DNA of 64,000 bases from Verrucomicrobiia bacterium. GTDB lineage: Bacteria; Verrucomicrobiota; Verrucomicrobiia; Limisphaerales; UBA1319. Position 1 is the stretch's first letter. Every line of letters begins with the position of its first letter. The stretch covers positions 1,152,001 through 1,216,000 of the forward strand of contig OY760937.1 in NCBI GenBank assembly GCA_963664225.1, in the 5' to 3' direction. The translations under genes and the position numbers were made by a program. Of the stretch, positions 10,385-20,764 are shown piece by piece. The notes beneath the pieces were generated by a model. The model did not search any database, had not been told where the DNA came from, and saw only the letters and a program-made list of their open reading frames with translations.

Positions 10385-10939
10385 ATGTTTGAGATTGCGG
10401 AACCAAATTTGCTGCCAGTGGCGCAAGCCAAAGCCGGGGACGACGGGGCTTGGGACATGCTGCTCCGGCATTTTCGGATGCCGCTCTACATCTATATTTT
10501 CCAGTGGGTCCGCAACGAACAGACGAGCTTCGACCTGGTGCAGGAGACGATGCTCAGCGCCATTCGTCACATTGATGGGATCCAGGACGAAGGCAAGTTT
10601 GGTCCCTGGCTCTTCGGAATAGCGCATCAGAAATGCATTCAGTACTGGCGCAAACAAAATCGTGAGGATGACGCCCTGCAAGAATTCGCCGAAGCGCCAT
10701 CGGATTATGAGGAGGACCCGCGCCAAACCCTCATCCGTCGCGAAAAAGAGGCGCAATTCCTGAGGCTGCTTGAGGATTTACCGTTGTCGCAACGATCGGT
10801 CCTGGTGCTTTACTACATTGAAGAGTTTTCCCTGGAAGAAATCGCCTCGATCACGGGCACCGCACTCGGAACGATTAAGTCACGCCTTTATTACGCCAGA
10901 AAAGCGTTCAGAGATTTGTGGGAAAAGGAGAGTAAATGA
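10385..10939 (+). CDS. ECF sigma-70 factor
   Basis: Region 2 (DLVQET...WLFGIA) and region 4 (SLEEIA...GTIKSRLYYAR). Confidence 0.92.
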   Translation: MFEIAEPNLLPVAQAKAGDDGAWDMLLRHFRMPLYIYIFQWVRNEQTSFDLVQETMLSAIRHIDGIQDEGKFGPWLFGIAHQKCIQYWRKQNREDDALQEFAEAPSDYEEDPRQTLIRREKEAQFLRLLEDLPLSQRSVLVLYYIEEFSLEEIASITGTALGTIKSRLYYARKAFRDLWEKESK

Positions 10940-11376
10940 AAACACCACGGCAGATTTTATATGAGCACCATGCTCCCGCTGACGCCGAGTTAGAACGGAT
11001 CCAGCAACAGGCGCTGGCCTTGGGGTTGCGAAAGAAAAATGAGGCCTTCATTGTTTCCAGTAAACGGAGCGTGTTTAGGCTGCTTTTCAATCCTGCCGTA
11101 TGGGCAGCGGTCTTTCATCCGGCGCGCCAAATCTGGACGGGATTCGCCATTGCATGGGTGGTGATCGTGGTGGTGAATCTCTCGATTGAGACTCTGACCG
11201 TCAGTGGTGTGAAAACGAATCCGGCCCCTGCGAGCGCCATCTTGGCAAACTACAAAGAGCATCAGCGGATTTTGGCTGAGCTGACTGGGCCAACGATTAG
11301 ACCAATAGCTGAGCGCTCCAGGTCATCAGTTCCGAAACCACAGAGCAGACGGAAAACGATTATATCGATTGCTTAA
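10936..11376 (+). CDS. Single-TM putative anti-sigma factor
   Basis: ATGA overlap with the sigma gene; hydrophobic segment WTGFAIAWVVIVVVNL. Confidence 0.65.
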   Translation: MKTPRQILYEHHAPADAELERIQQQALALGLRKKNEAFIVSSKRSVFRLLFNPAVWAAVFHPARQIWTGFAIAWVVIVVVNLSIETLTVSGVKTNPAPASAILANYKEHQRILAELTGPTIRPIAERSRSSVPKPQSRRKTIISIA

Positions 11377-13054
11377 TAAAATGAAAACCGATTCATCAGA
11401 AGCCACACAACCGTCGATCGCCCGCCTTTCCCGAAGATTACGCCGTGTTTTAATCGCACTGGTTGGGCTAATCACTTTGGTCGCGGTGTTTTACACAGTG
11501 GAAGACTGGAGAGGTAAACGGGCTTGGGAAAGCTACAAACATGAGATGGAAGCGAAGGGGCGGCTCGTTGATTGGAAGGCGTTCATTCCTCCTCCAGTAG
11601 CGGATGAGAGCAACATATTCAAGGCGCCCAAAATGGCCGAGTGGTTTGTCGGGAAAGGCACTTCCGCGCTGAACACCAATCTCGACGTTGCGCAGCACAC
11701 CCCGACGAGTATTGTGGTTGTCGCGGAAATCACCGTTGTTTCGAATATTGTCAGTGGTGCAAATGGCGTCTCCATTTACCGGTTGGAAGATGGAGCAGGT
11801 TTGTCGATTGCGGTGAAACAGGTTCATACGGCGTGTGGACCGAGCGCCAGGAGTTGCACCATCGGGGCGTTTTTTGCGTCTCCCCTTGACCAAATCAAAC
11901 CAACGCGAATGGTCCTCCAGGCGGATCGCGCGGTGGGAGTCGCCGACCTGGAGAAGATATTTGGGCCAAAATCTGGCGACACCACCTGCCGCATTGAAGC
12001 GATCGGAACCGGTTCATTCAGGATGGTCGTTCAAAATGCAATGAATGCGGCTGATTTTCTGGTGGCGACTGAGTCTATTAATGCTGATTTTGATACGATC
12101 CGAGCAGGGCTTAAACGTCCGTTCGTCCGGATGGACGACGATTATCAGCAGCTTTTCGAAATACCCATTCCGCGGTTCATTACGATTCGTTCAACAGTGC
12201 AAATGCTCGCCAAGCGCGCCCAGTGTCACATGCTGGAGGGAGAGTCTGAAAAAGCACTACAGGAAGTGACGCTGATCAACGATATGCGCCGCCTGCTCGA
12301 TGCACGTCCCATGACACTTGTGTCCGCAATGATCAATGTTGCTGTTGCTGGACTTTATGCGGATACCGTCGCCGATGGGTTCAGACTTCATGTCTGGGGC
12401 GAGCCGGAGTTGGTGATCATTCAAAAGCAGCTTGCCAATATCAGCCTCATCCCTCCCGTGGCGGAATCCGTTGAAAGCGAGCGAGTGGGTGTAAGCCACC
12501 TTCTTGAAACTCTCAAGCCGCAGAAATTAAGCGAAGTGTTTGGAGGCCTTCAGTCGAAGGTCCTGATTCTGATGCCTCGAGGCTGGTTGTATCAGAACAT
12601 GGCATTCGGGGGCCGTTGGATGGAAAAGTTTAATGAGACCTTTGATTCAGCCCGCCAATATATTTCGCCTCAAAAAGTCGAGGCACTAAAGCGGGATATT
12701 GGGGCAGAAATGGAGCATAGGTCGCCCTACAAATTTCTGGCTGGAGTAGGAATTCCAAATCTCTCGAAAGCCACGCAAACCTGCGGGAAAAATCAAACGA
12801 TGGCCAACCTGGCATTTCTTGCCTGTGCGTTGGAACGATACTGTCTGGCCAACAGTCGATATCCAGAAACACTGGATAAGCTTGTTCCACAGTTTGCCCA
12901 GAAGATCCCGCTGGACGTCGTCAAGGGCCAGCCTTTGCATTATCGTTGCACCGATGGCAAGCGGTTTTCACTCTACTCTGTTGGCTGGAATGAAGCCGAT
13001 GACGGTGGCAATGCCGAGCTGGACTGGATTTGGCAGTATCCGTCCAGTTTGTGA
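11369..13054 (+). CDS. Membrane-anchored hypothetical protein with C-terminal GspG/pseudopilin-like fold
   Basis: N-terminal TM after RRLRR; C-terminus ALERY...YPETLDKLVP...PLD...LYSVGWNEADDGG. Overlaps the upstream gene. Confidence 0.7.
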   Translation: MLNKMKTDSSEATQPSIARLSRRLRRVLIALVGLITLVAVFYTVEDWRGKRAWESYKHEMEAKGRLVDWKAFIPPPVADESNIFKAPKMAEWFVGKGTSALNTNLDVAQHTPTSIVVVAEITVVSNIVSGANGVSIYRLEDGAGLSIAVKQVHTACGPSARSCTIGAFFASPLDQIKPTRMVLQADRAVGVADLEKIFGPKSGDTTCRIEAIGTGSFRMVVQNAMNAADFLVATESINADFDTIRAGLKRPFVRMDDDYQQLFEIPIPRFITIRSTVQMLAKRAQCHMLEGESEKALQEVTLINDMRRLLDARPMTLVSAMINVAVAGLYADTVADGFRLHVWGEPELVIIQKQLANISLIPPVAESVESERVGVSHLLETLKPQKLSEVFGGLQSKVLILMPRGWLYQNMAFGGRWMEKFNETFDSARQYISPQKVEALKRDIGAEMEHRSPYKFLAGVGIPNLSKATQTCGKNQTMANLAFLACALERYCLANSRYPETLDKLVPQFAQKIPLDVVKGQPLHYRCTDGKRFSLYSVGWNEADDGGNAELDWIWQYPSSL

Positions 13055-13169
13055 TTTCAAAACATCGTTAGCGCGTGGATAATGCATGGGAGTTGCGGCA
13101 CCGGAAAATGGAACCTTGAAAAAGTCCATCAGGGTCATCATCCTGCCTCTCCATAACATATCCATTACG

Positions 13170-14453
13170 ATGTCCTCATTGATCAAGACTCTCGCATCAT
13201 TGTGCGCACTGGCCACTTTGCCTGCGTTGGCAGATAATTTCGGCATCGCGGCATTTTCTGCCAATGGCACCTTGAGTGTTACGAACGCCTTCACCAACGG
13301 GGTGGTGACCATTGAGAAAGCGTCGGTTGTGGAGGGGCCATGGGTGGCTGAAAAGAATGCCTTTTCTTTTGCGACGCAGGCCCAGCTCAAACTGGGTTTT
13401 TCAAACGGCACCGCTTTCTTCAGGGCACTCGCCGTCGATTTGTCCGGGTCCAACGGATTCACAAATCTGTTTCAATCATACGGCTTGCTCACCACGGTTG
13501 CTGGTTCTGGTGAAGTCGATTGTATTACCTGCAATAACTGGTGGTCCGGCTATGAAGGAGCGCTGGCCACCGGGGCGGCGCTATCCTCGCCGCACATCGC
13601 CATGGCTGACCGTGCTGGCAATCTATATATTGCGGACAAACGGGCTCACGCGATCCGCAAAGTCACTCCGGGCGGACGCATTTATACCGTTGCCGGGACC
13701 AGTGCTGCCGGTTACGGAGATACGAATGCCGCCCTGGCGACTTCGGCGCCGCTCAATAATCCCAACGGCCTCTATGTGTTCGGAAATGGCATGTTTTACA
13801 TTCTGGATCGAGACAATGGATTGATCCGCAAGGTCGGGACGAATGGAATAATGATGACCATTGTGAATCATGGATCGGCGATTCAAGGTGGGCGGGGCCT
13901 TTGGGTGAATCCTGATGAATCGCTGCTTTATTACTGTGCTGGATCCACCCTCATGCGTTGGGATTCCACCAATGGCCTGACGGCATTTCTCTCCGGATTC
14001 ACGGATTTGGGCAACATCGACATGGATCCCACAGGACGACTTGTTGTCACCGATGCCGGGCAGAGCCGGGTGTTTCGGATTGAACCGGACGGTAGTAAAA
14101 CCGTGATCGCGGGTAATGGAACCAGCAGCGGAGGCGGTGATGGACAATTGGCCATGGAAACTGGGCTCTACCAGGTCCGGGGGATTTGGTATGTACCCTC
14201 GGACGGTTATTTCCTGGCCACAGACGCCGCTTGTCAGGTCTGGTATGTCGATACTTCCGGCACTATTCACCTGGTTATGAGAGGGACCTCAGGAGCCCAC
14301 GCTGGCGATGGCGCGTGGTTTTATGATAATCCAACCTCGCCGAAAATGAGCAATGGAAAGCAGGTCACCATGGATTATGATGGCAACCTGATCATTACCG
14401 AGAGTGAGTATGGTTACGTGAGAAAGATTCAATTCCTCAGGCACGGGCCGTAG
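13170..14453 (+). CDS. Secreted NHL-repeat (beta-propeller) protein
   Basis: Signal peptide MSSLIKTLASLCALATLPALA; repeated GNLYIAD...IRKV...TVAG units. Confidence 0.82.
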   Translation: MSSLIKTLASLCALATLPALADNFGIAAFSANGTLSVTNAFTNGVVTIEKASVVEGPWVAEKNAFSFATQAQLKLGFSNGTAFFRALAVDLSGSNGFTNLFQSYGLLTTVAGSGEVDCITCNNWWSGYEGALATGAALSSPHIAMADRAGNLYIADKRAHAIRKVTPGGRIYTVAGTSAAGYGDTNAALATSAPLNNPNGLYVFGNGMFYILDRDNGLIRKVGTNGIMMTIVNHGSAIQGGRGLWVNPDESLLYYCAGSTLMRWDSTNGLTAFLSGFTDLGNIDMDPTGRLVVTDAGQSRVFRIEPDGSKTVIAGNGTSSGGGDGQLAMETGLYQVRGIWYVPSDGYFLATDAACQVWYVDTSGTIHLVMRGTSGAHAGDGAWFYDNPTSPKMSNGKQVTMDYDGNLIITESEYGYVRKIQFLRHGP

Positions 14454-14465
14454 GACAGGAACCGC

Positions 14466-14783
14466 TCAGGAAATGGATAGCAATTCCACCTCGAAGATCA
14501 GCGTGGCGTTCGGAGGAATGGCTCCCGGATAACCCTGTTCGCCATAAGCGAGGTGGGGAGGGATGGTGAACCGTGTCTTATCTCCAACCTGCATGGTGGC
14601 AACACCCTGATCCCAACCTGCAATCACCTGGCCGGTTCCCAGGACGAACGCAAACGGATCGTCACGATCCACCGAGCTATCGAATTTGGTGCCGTCCGTC
14701 AACCATCCAGTGTAGTGAACCGTAACCGTGTCGCCGCGCTTGGGAGAAGCGCCGGTTCCAGAAGTTAATTTTTCAATTTTCAT
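14466..14783 (-). CDS. FKBP-type peptidyl-prolyl cis-trans isomerase
   Basis: [24 protein letters not shown] and [14 protein letters not shown]. Confidence 0.95.
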   Translation of the reverse strand: MKIEKLTSGTGASPKRGDTVTVHYTGWLTDGTKFDSSVDRDDPFAFVLGTGQVIAGWDQGVATMQVGDKTRFTIPPHLAYGEQGYPGAIPPNATLIFEVELLSIS

Positions 14784-14854
14784 ATAAATCGTTTTTCTGC
14801 AAATCGTGCCGACTGGAGGTTGGCGGCTTTCTGACAAAACCAAATATCATTCGT

Positions 14855-15334
14855 TTATTCCACCGAGACAATATGGTATTTCACGGTCGAGCCGCCAAGT
14901 TTCGCGGCCCATCGCTCCCCGGCTTTCCTGCCTGTCAGATTCTGGCCCAGGGGGGATTGGGGCGTGATGATGGTGATTTCCTTGCAGCGATATATGATCT
15001 CCAGCCCCCCGTTTTTCGGTCCAATGAAATACGTGGATCGCGTGCCATCGCAATCGAGTTCCACAAGCGCCGTCAGATCAATCGGCTGGCCAGGAGCAAA
15101 GTCCCTTGCCACGAGCGATTGGTAAAGCTTGATTGAGTCCAGGATTTCCTTGGCCTGCCGGGCCTGGCCTCCTGCGAGATAGGCCGCCTCCAGGCCTCGT
15201 GTATCGTATTTATTGTCGGCCTTGCTGCTCTCGTGCGTGGCCTCCTCATGAGAAGCGCGCGCGGCGGATTCCATGACGTTCAGGCTTTCGGTTAAACTCG
15301 CGGCAATCTGCTTTAATATTTGCGTTTTATTCAT
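14855..15334 (-). CDS. GreA/GreB-family protein (atypical)
   Basis: N-terminal coiled coil with KYDTRGLEA; C-terminal ITPQSPLGQNL. Confidence 0.8.
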   Translation of the reverse strand: MNKTQILKQIAASLTESLNVMESAARASHEEATHESSKADNKYDTRGLEAAYLAGGQARQAKEILDSIKLYQSLVARDFAPGQPIDLTALVELDCDGTRSTYFIGPKNGGLEIIYRCKEITIITPQSPLGQNLTGRKAGERWAAKLGGSTVKYHIVSVE

Positions 15335-15485
15335 TCTTAACGGAAGCCGGAATCTAATCTGAATCGCATTCCTTGCGCAAGCCCGCTCCGGTGATCCTGG
15401 TCATTCTCGGCGAATCGTTCAAAGACAGACTTCGGTTTTCGATTCCAAGGCGGTCCCAGAGGGTCTCGAATGGGATTCTGCGCAA

Positions 15486-16562
15486 TTACAGTGGCACGAT
15501 CTGACCGGTTTTGATCGATAATTCCTCGGCTTCGCATATCTCCACGGCACTGAGGCCGTCCTGCGCTGTGACCATCTTGGGAGGTTTTCCGGCCAGAACG
15601 CATTCGGCGAAATAGTTCAATTCTCCCACATAACCATCGCCGCCAGTGGAGGGAATGGTGCGGGCAGGCTGGCCTTTTTCAAATACCCTTAATGCTTCGG
15701 CGCCCCGTGCAAAATCATAGTCCACGGTTGCTCGTTCGAAGATGAAGGTATAGGCCATGTTAAAACCATGACCTCCGTTCATCGCCCAGCCGCCTTCGGC
15801 GGTCACGCTCACCCCGCTGGGATACTGGTAGATCGTGCTGACATGGTCGATGGCTCCGCTCAATGCCGAGAATCCAGTGGAACAGACTGAGCGCGGCCGT
15901 CCAAAGCAGTATTGCACGAAATCCGTATCGTGGATGTGGAGGTCGAGCAACGCACCACCCGATCTCGCGCCGTCCATAAATTCCTTGGACCAGCCGGGAG
16001 GTTCCGAGACGCGACGAAGTCTTGCGGCAAGTACTTTCCCGTAGGAGCCGGCTTCCATCGCTTTCTTCACCCATAGCCATTCCGGCCAGAAGCGAATGCA
16101 GTGGGCGGGCATGAAATAGCCCTTCGCCAATTTGGCGGCCTCGACTATCTCTCGCGCCTGGGTCGAGGTTCGGGCGAGGGGCTTTTCGCAAATCACATGT
16201 TTCCCTGCCTTCAAGGCCATTACCGCGAGTTTGGTGTGTGCCAGCGTCGGCACGCAAAGATCGACGACATCGATGGCTGGATCGGCCAGGACTTCTTCAA
16301 GATCCTTGGTGGCTTTCGTCTGGGCCATGTCCAACTTCAACGGATCGCTGGTTCCTAGATTTCCGGAAATGTTGGAGAAATCACCATCCACGGGCAATCG
16401 GATTGCATCGCAAATGGCCGCAATGCGGGCGCCGGGAACTTTTTGCCACGCCTTGAGGTGGGAAATCCCCATAAAGCCGAGGCCAACCACGGCGACATTA
16501 ATGGTTTTCATGGTTCTATGCGCAATATTTGTTTTGGCAATGGTTGATGGATCGGGGATCAT
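15486..16562 (-). CDS. Gfo/Idh/MocA oxidoreductase
   Basis: GLGFMG, CEKP and DLHIHD motifs; ATGA overlap with the upstream gene. Confidence 0.9.
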   Translation of the reverse strand: MIPDPSTIAKTNIAHRTMKTINVAVVGLGFMGISHLKAWQKVPGARIAAICDAIRLPVDGDFSNISGNLGTSDPLKLDMAQTKATKDLEEVLADPAIDVVDLCVPTLAHTKLAVMALKAGKHVICEKPLARTSTQAREIVEAAKLAKGYFMPAHCIRFWPEWLWVKKAMEAGSYGKVLAARLRRVSEPPGWSKEFMDGARSGGALLDLHIHDTDFVQYCFGRPRSVCSTGFSALSGAIDHVSTIYQYPSGVSVTAEGGWAMNGGHGFNMAYTFIFERATVDYDFARGAEALRVFEKGQPARTIPSTGGDGYVGELNYFAECVLAGKPPKMVTAQDGLSAVEICEAEELSIKTGQIVPL

Positions 16563-17413
16563 TCGCCTCGAAGCAATCTTTCAACGAACAAGCGACCCGA
16601 GCGGATATCCTGCATGCGCTGGTCACCACCCTCGCGTTCAAAACAGAAGTAGCCGTCAAAGTGGATGTCCGCCATCGTCTTGAAGAACGACGCCCAGTCC
16701 ACCTGGCCTGTGCCTACCGCGGCCTCCTCGCCCCAGTTGCCGGGCACCCGGGTCAGAATCCCATCCTTGAGATGACAGGACTTCACATAAGGTCCGACCA
16801 ATCGCAGCGCTTCGATGGGATTGCCGTTGTTATAGAGGATCATATTGGCTGGGTCGAAATTCACAGCCACATTCGGGTCGTCGAGATATTGCAGGAAGGC
16901 TTTCAAATCCGGGCCGGTTTCCTGGCCGGTTTCGCAACCGAGGGTGATCCCGGCGGAGGCAAACAGTCGCGCCACTTTGCGAATGCGATCCACGAGCTTT
17001 GCGAAGGTTGGGTTTTGGCGATCATGAGGCACAAATCCCGCATGGAACATCACGAACTTCAAGCCGAGTCTTTGCGCCGTCTTCACCGTGATTTGCGCAT
17101 TGGTCCAGTTTTGATCCCAGGTGGCATCCGGCACCAGACCGCCGGTGAGGCGAATCGATTCCAGAGTCGTGTAATCCTCACCCACCGTACGGAACATGCC
17201 CGACACCGGTGTAATGCCTGCCTTGGCGAACAGTTCCGGCGCCTTGTTCCATAACTCGGGTTTTTCGCGGAATGGATCGAGGTCAAGCTGCACGCGGCTG
17301 AAGCCGGTTTCCTGAAGTTGCCGGATCAAATGTTCCGGCGAAGTGGGCTGCAACGACCAACCGCAAACGGCCAGCCGATTGAGGAAAGCGGAATAGGAAG
17401 GATTTGTTTTCAT
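16559..17413 (-). CDS. Sugar phosphate isomerase/epimerase (xylose isomerase-like TIM barrel)
   Basis: ETGQE, NFDPAN, HLKD and FERE metal-binding motifs. Confidence 0.88.
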   Translation of the reverse strand: MKTNPSYSAFLNRLAVCGWSLQPTSPEHLIRQLQETGFSRVQLDLDPFREKPELWNKAPELFAKAGITPVSGMFRTVGEDYTTLESIRLTGGLVPDATWDQNWTNAQITVKTAQRLGLKFVMFHAGFVPHDRQNPTFAKLVDRIRKVARLFASAGITLGCETGQETGPDLKAFLQYLDDPNVAVNFDPANMILYNNGNPIEALRLVGPYVKSCHLKDGILTRVPGNWGEEAAVGTGQVDWASFFKTMADIHFDGYFCFEREGGDQRMQDIRSGRLFVERLLRGE

Positions 17414-17466
17414 AATTGATAGAGGTTAAAACTGGGTTTGTGCAATCATCAATGGGGGTTGTTGGT

Positions 17467-18399
17467 TTAATGCATCTCCACGGCGCAGGTGCCGAGACCG
17501 CCGCGATAGTAATTGAACTGCACATTCGGGTGGTCGCCCAGCAACGACATGGGAACCGCCGTATCCGTAATGCCCTTGGAGATCATATATGCGGTGAGCC
17601 TCTGGCCAAAGGGGTTGTCGTGCATGCCCGCCTGCCAGATGGATACTTTCTCCGCTTTCCAGGTTTCCACAGGGCCGACACTGATGGCCATGGTGGGCAC
17701 TAGAGAAATGTTGCCGCCGCCGCTGGTGCGTGCATTTTGTGCCACAGTCAATGGATGGAGTTTGACCTGACGTGTGGCCAGTTTGCGGTACTCGGAGGGC
17801 GGGGGAGGGGTGTTCTTGTATTTGCCGGTACGTTGGGGCGGATCGTTGAATGCCCAGTGTTTCATGTCTCCCTGGCCGCCCTGCATCACGGCGCAGCGCG
17901 CGCCGGAGTCCCAACTCTTCCGATACGGTGCGGTATCCGCTTTTGGAAAATGGAGATGGGCATCGGGTATGCGTCTCTTTGCATCGATGCGATTGAAGCA
18001 AAGCTCACGATCTGCTTTTTCAAAAGAGAGCGGATGGGTCACCGGCGCCTCCTTTCCATCGATCAACCACTCATCCATGCCCCAGAAATGCCCTGCGCGG
18101 ACATCCAGTCCTAGGGAGTTGACGATACGGGCCACCAGCGGAAGTTGCTCGGTGGGGCCAATGGGACCGCAGATGCCCACAGGATTATCCGCAGTGCTCT
18201 TGCGCCAGGCGTCAACGTATTCCAATGCCTCGGCCAGGTAGAAATCCTCAAGCGTGTCATACAGGACGACTTTGAAGCCCGGACGGGAGAGTCGTTCCAG
18301 ATCGCGCGCGGTCAATCGGATGACGGCCTCGATGAGGTCCGCATCAATGGTCGTATAATCCCACCAATCGGGTGCAAGGGCGCTAAGTTTTCTGGACAT
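17467..18399 (-). CDS. Glucosamine-6-phosphate isomerase/deaminase (NagB)-like protein
   Basis: FWGMDEW, HPLSF and HWAFNDP resemble NagB motifs. Confidence 0.78.
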   Translation of the reverse strand: MSRKLSALAPDWWDYTTIDADLIEAVIRLTARDLERLSRPGFKVVLYDTLEDFYLAEALEYVDAWRKSTADNPVGICGPIGPTEQLPLVARIVNSLGLDVRAGHFWGMDEWLIDGKEAPVTHPLSFEKADRELCFNRIDAKRRIPDAHLHFPKADTAPYRKSWDSGARCAVMQGGQGDMKHWAFNDPPQRTGKYKNTPPPPSEYRKLATRQVKLHPLTVAQNARTSGGGNISLVPTMAISVGPVETWKAEKVSIWQAGMHDNPFGQRLTAYMISKGITDTAVPMSLLGDHPNVQFNYYRGGLGTCAVEMH

Positions 18400-18446
18400 A
18401 TAATGAGTTGGCTTATGGTTATAGGTGGTCTGTGAAAGTGGTAACT

Positions 18447-19268
18447 TTATTGTCCGTTTTCAAGCGCAGCTTCGTAGCGTCGGTTGACCATGTAATCGGC
18501 ACCGAGCGCGTCCTTAAGCGGATCGATGTCGGTGGCTGAAAATCCAAGGTGCGAATGTCGTCGCCAGCCTTCAGCGTGGGTGAACCGGCCCGAAAGCCGT
18601 CCGAGTTCTTGCGACATGTCGGCCATTGCCTTCAGGTAGGAGTTCAGCCCCTGGCTGGCATCGAGCCAGGCCTGCTGGCTTTTGTGTTGGGCTAGCGCCT
18701 CGAGCTTGGTCTGATGCACCGGGGCAATATTGACGAACGAGCCCGGCACGATGTTCCGCCTCATGCCATCGCGGAGTCCGTGAGGCAAAGCGTGATACAG
18801 GGTGATATCCCCCTCGACGGCAAAACGTGCGGGGGTGGTTCGGAAATTTGGCATGCCAAGACTGAAGGCGGCGGTCACCGCCAGACGGCAGGTGTTCGTA
18901 TGATCCTCCATGTAGTCGTGCGGCGAGTGGGTGAGGACAATGGAAGGCTTGATTTCGCGCAGCACCGCTGCGAGTTGTCGCAGGGTTTTAAGTTCATAGA
19001 AAATTTCCAGATCATTGACGAAGCCCGGATGCCAGTGCGCGCCGAGCACGCGTGCGGAAGCCCTGGCTTCCTTCCTCCGCATGGCTGCCAATTGTGAAGC
19101 GCCAAATTGGCGACTGCCGCAGCATCCATCGGCGACATTCAAACAGTGAATCTCCCATCCCGCGCGCTGCAACATCAAAAGCGTGCCAGCCATCATGAAT
19201 TCGATGTCGTCAGGATGTGCCCCTATCGCAAGAGCGACTTTAGATGTTTTGCTGTCCGCGGATTTCAT
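18447..19268 (-). CDS. PIG-L/LmbE-family N-acetyl deacetylase
   Basis: AHPDD, DH and HKSQ motifs. Confidence 0.9.
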   Translation of the reverse strand: MKSADSKTSKVALAIGAHPDDIEFMMAGTLLMLQRAGWEIHCLNVADGCCGSRQFGASQLAAMRRKEARASARVLGAHWHPGFVNDLEIFYELKTLRQLAAVLREIKPSIVLTHSPHDYMEDHTNTCRLAVTAAFSLGMPNFRTTPARFAVEGDITLYHALPHGLRDGMRRNIVPGSFVNIAPVHQTKLEALAQHKSQQAWLDASQGLNSYLKAMADMSQELGRLSGRFTHAEGWRRHSHLGFSATDIDPLKDALGADYMVNRRYEAALENGQ

Positions 19269-19583
19269 TGGTTTTCACCCTGCATCGCCCTTTCCCTGTG
19301 GCGTTTTATTCAACGGAAATGGAACATCCGGAGTCTAAACTGAATTGCATTGCAGGCGCAAGTCCCCACCGCAAATTGTCCCCACTGCAAATCTCGCATC
19401 ACGCGCCAGACCTTCGACCCGATTGTGGTCATGGCGAACAAATACCGGGAATGGCGCTTGTTCCCGCGACGTGCTATTTTGGCCCGGAATTCGTAATGAG
19501 TTGTTTCATTGCTGCAAGGGGATCGCGGTGATCATTGATGCCTTGAAGCAGAGACCTCATGGCAATTAACTGACAGTGGCATT

Positions 19584-20618
19584 ATGGAATATAGAAAACT
19601 CGGCGGCTCGGGTCTGAAGGTGCCCGTGCTTAGCCTTGGAACCGGCACCTTCGGTGGCGCGGGAGAACTTTTTCGCGCCTGGGGCAATAGCGGCGTGGAG
19701 GAGGCCACCCGCCTGGTGGATATCTGCATTGAAGCAGGCCTTAATATGTTCGATTCAGCCGATGTGTATTCGAATGGATTGGCGGAGGAGATTCTCGGAA
19801 AGGCAATCAAGGGGCGTCGCGATTCAGTGCTCATCTCCACTAAGGCGACTTTCCGTGCCGGGGATGGCCCGAACGATATTGGTTCCTCGCGCCACCATCT
19901 CATCCACGCCGTGGAGGCGAGTTTGCGTCGGTTAGGCACGGACCATATCGACTTGTTTCAACTCCATGGTTTTGACGCGATGACACCGGTTGAGGAAACG
20001 CTAAGCACTCTCGATGATCTCGTTTGCAGCGGGAAGATCCGATACATCGGCTGCTCTAACTTCTCCGGGTGGCACCTCATGAAGTCGCTTGCCGTGTCCG
20101 AGAGATACGGCCTTGTCCGATATGTGGCGCATCAGGCTTATTACTCCCTTATTGGCCGAGATTACGAGTGGGAATTGATGCCCCTGGGGCTGGACCAGAA
20201 AGTGGGCGCTGTTGTCTGGAGCCCGCTGGGCTGGGGACGGTTGACGGGAAAAATCCGTCGTGGCGCGCCTCTGCCGGAAACGACCCGGCTAAAAGGGAAA
20301 GTCTCATCAGAAGCCGGACCCAAAGTGCCTGATGAGTATCTTTTCAAAGTCATCGATGCGCTCGACGCGGTGGCAGCGGAGACCGGCAGGACTGTGCCGC
20401 AGATCGCGCTCAACTGGCTCTTGCAGCGCCCCACGGTTTCCACGGTCATCATTGGCGCGCGCAACGAGGAGCAACTCAGGCAGAATCTCGGAGCGGTTGG
20501 CTGGAAACTCATCCCTGAACAGGTGGCCCGGCTTGACGCCGCAAGTGCAAAGCCGCCTGTCTATCCTTACTGGCACCAACAATTCTTTCCGGAGTTGAAT
20601 CCTTTTCCCGTTTCGTAG
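19584..20618 (+). CDS. Aldo/keto reductase
   Basis: DSADVY, ISTK, IGCSNF and WSPLG motifs. Confidence 0.93.
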   Translation: MEYRKLGGSGLKVPVLSLGTGTFGGAGELFRAWGNSGVEEATRLVDICIEAGLNMFDSADVYSNGLAEEILGKAIKGRRDSVLISTKATFRAGDGPNDIGSSRHHLIHAVEASLRRLGTDHIDLFQLHGFDAMTPVEETLSTLDDLVCSGKIRYIGCSNFSGWHLMKSLAVSERYGLVRYVAHQAYYSLIGRDYEWELMPLGLDQKVGAVVWSPLGWGRLTGKIRRGAPLPETTRLKGKVSSEAGPKVPDEYLFKVIDALDAVAAETGRTVPQIALNWLLQRPTVSTVIIGARNEEQLRQNLGAVGWKLIPEQVARLDAASAKPPVYPYWHQQFFPELNPFPVS

Positions 20619-20699
20619 GGAAATTGATTGGGAAGACACGATGATTGTCTGCGGCTTGAAAGTCGATTCAAGAGGTGCATCGGATTCTGTCATGCAATA

Positions 20700-20744
20700 A
20701 AACAGCGGTGTCGCTTGCTCTTCAAGCGGCTCCGCCTGCTGTTT
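20700..20744. terminator. Hairpin between convergent genes (possible terminator)
   Basis: Outer stem AAACAGC...GCTGTTT and inner stem CGCTTG/CAAGCG. Confidence 0.4.
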
Positions 20745-20764
20745 CCTGACTATTCGGAGATGAA

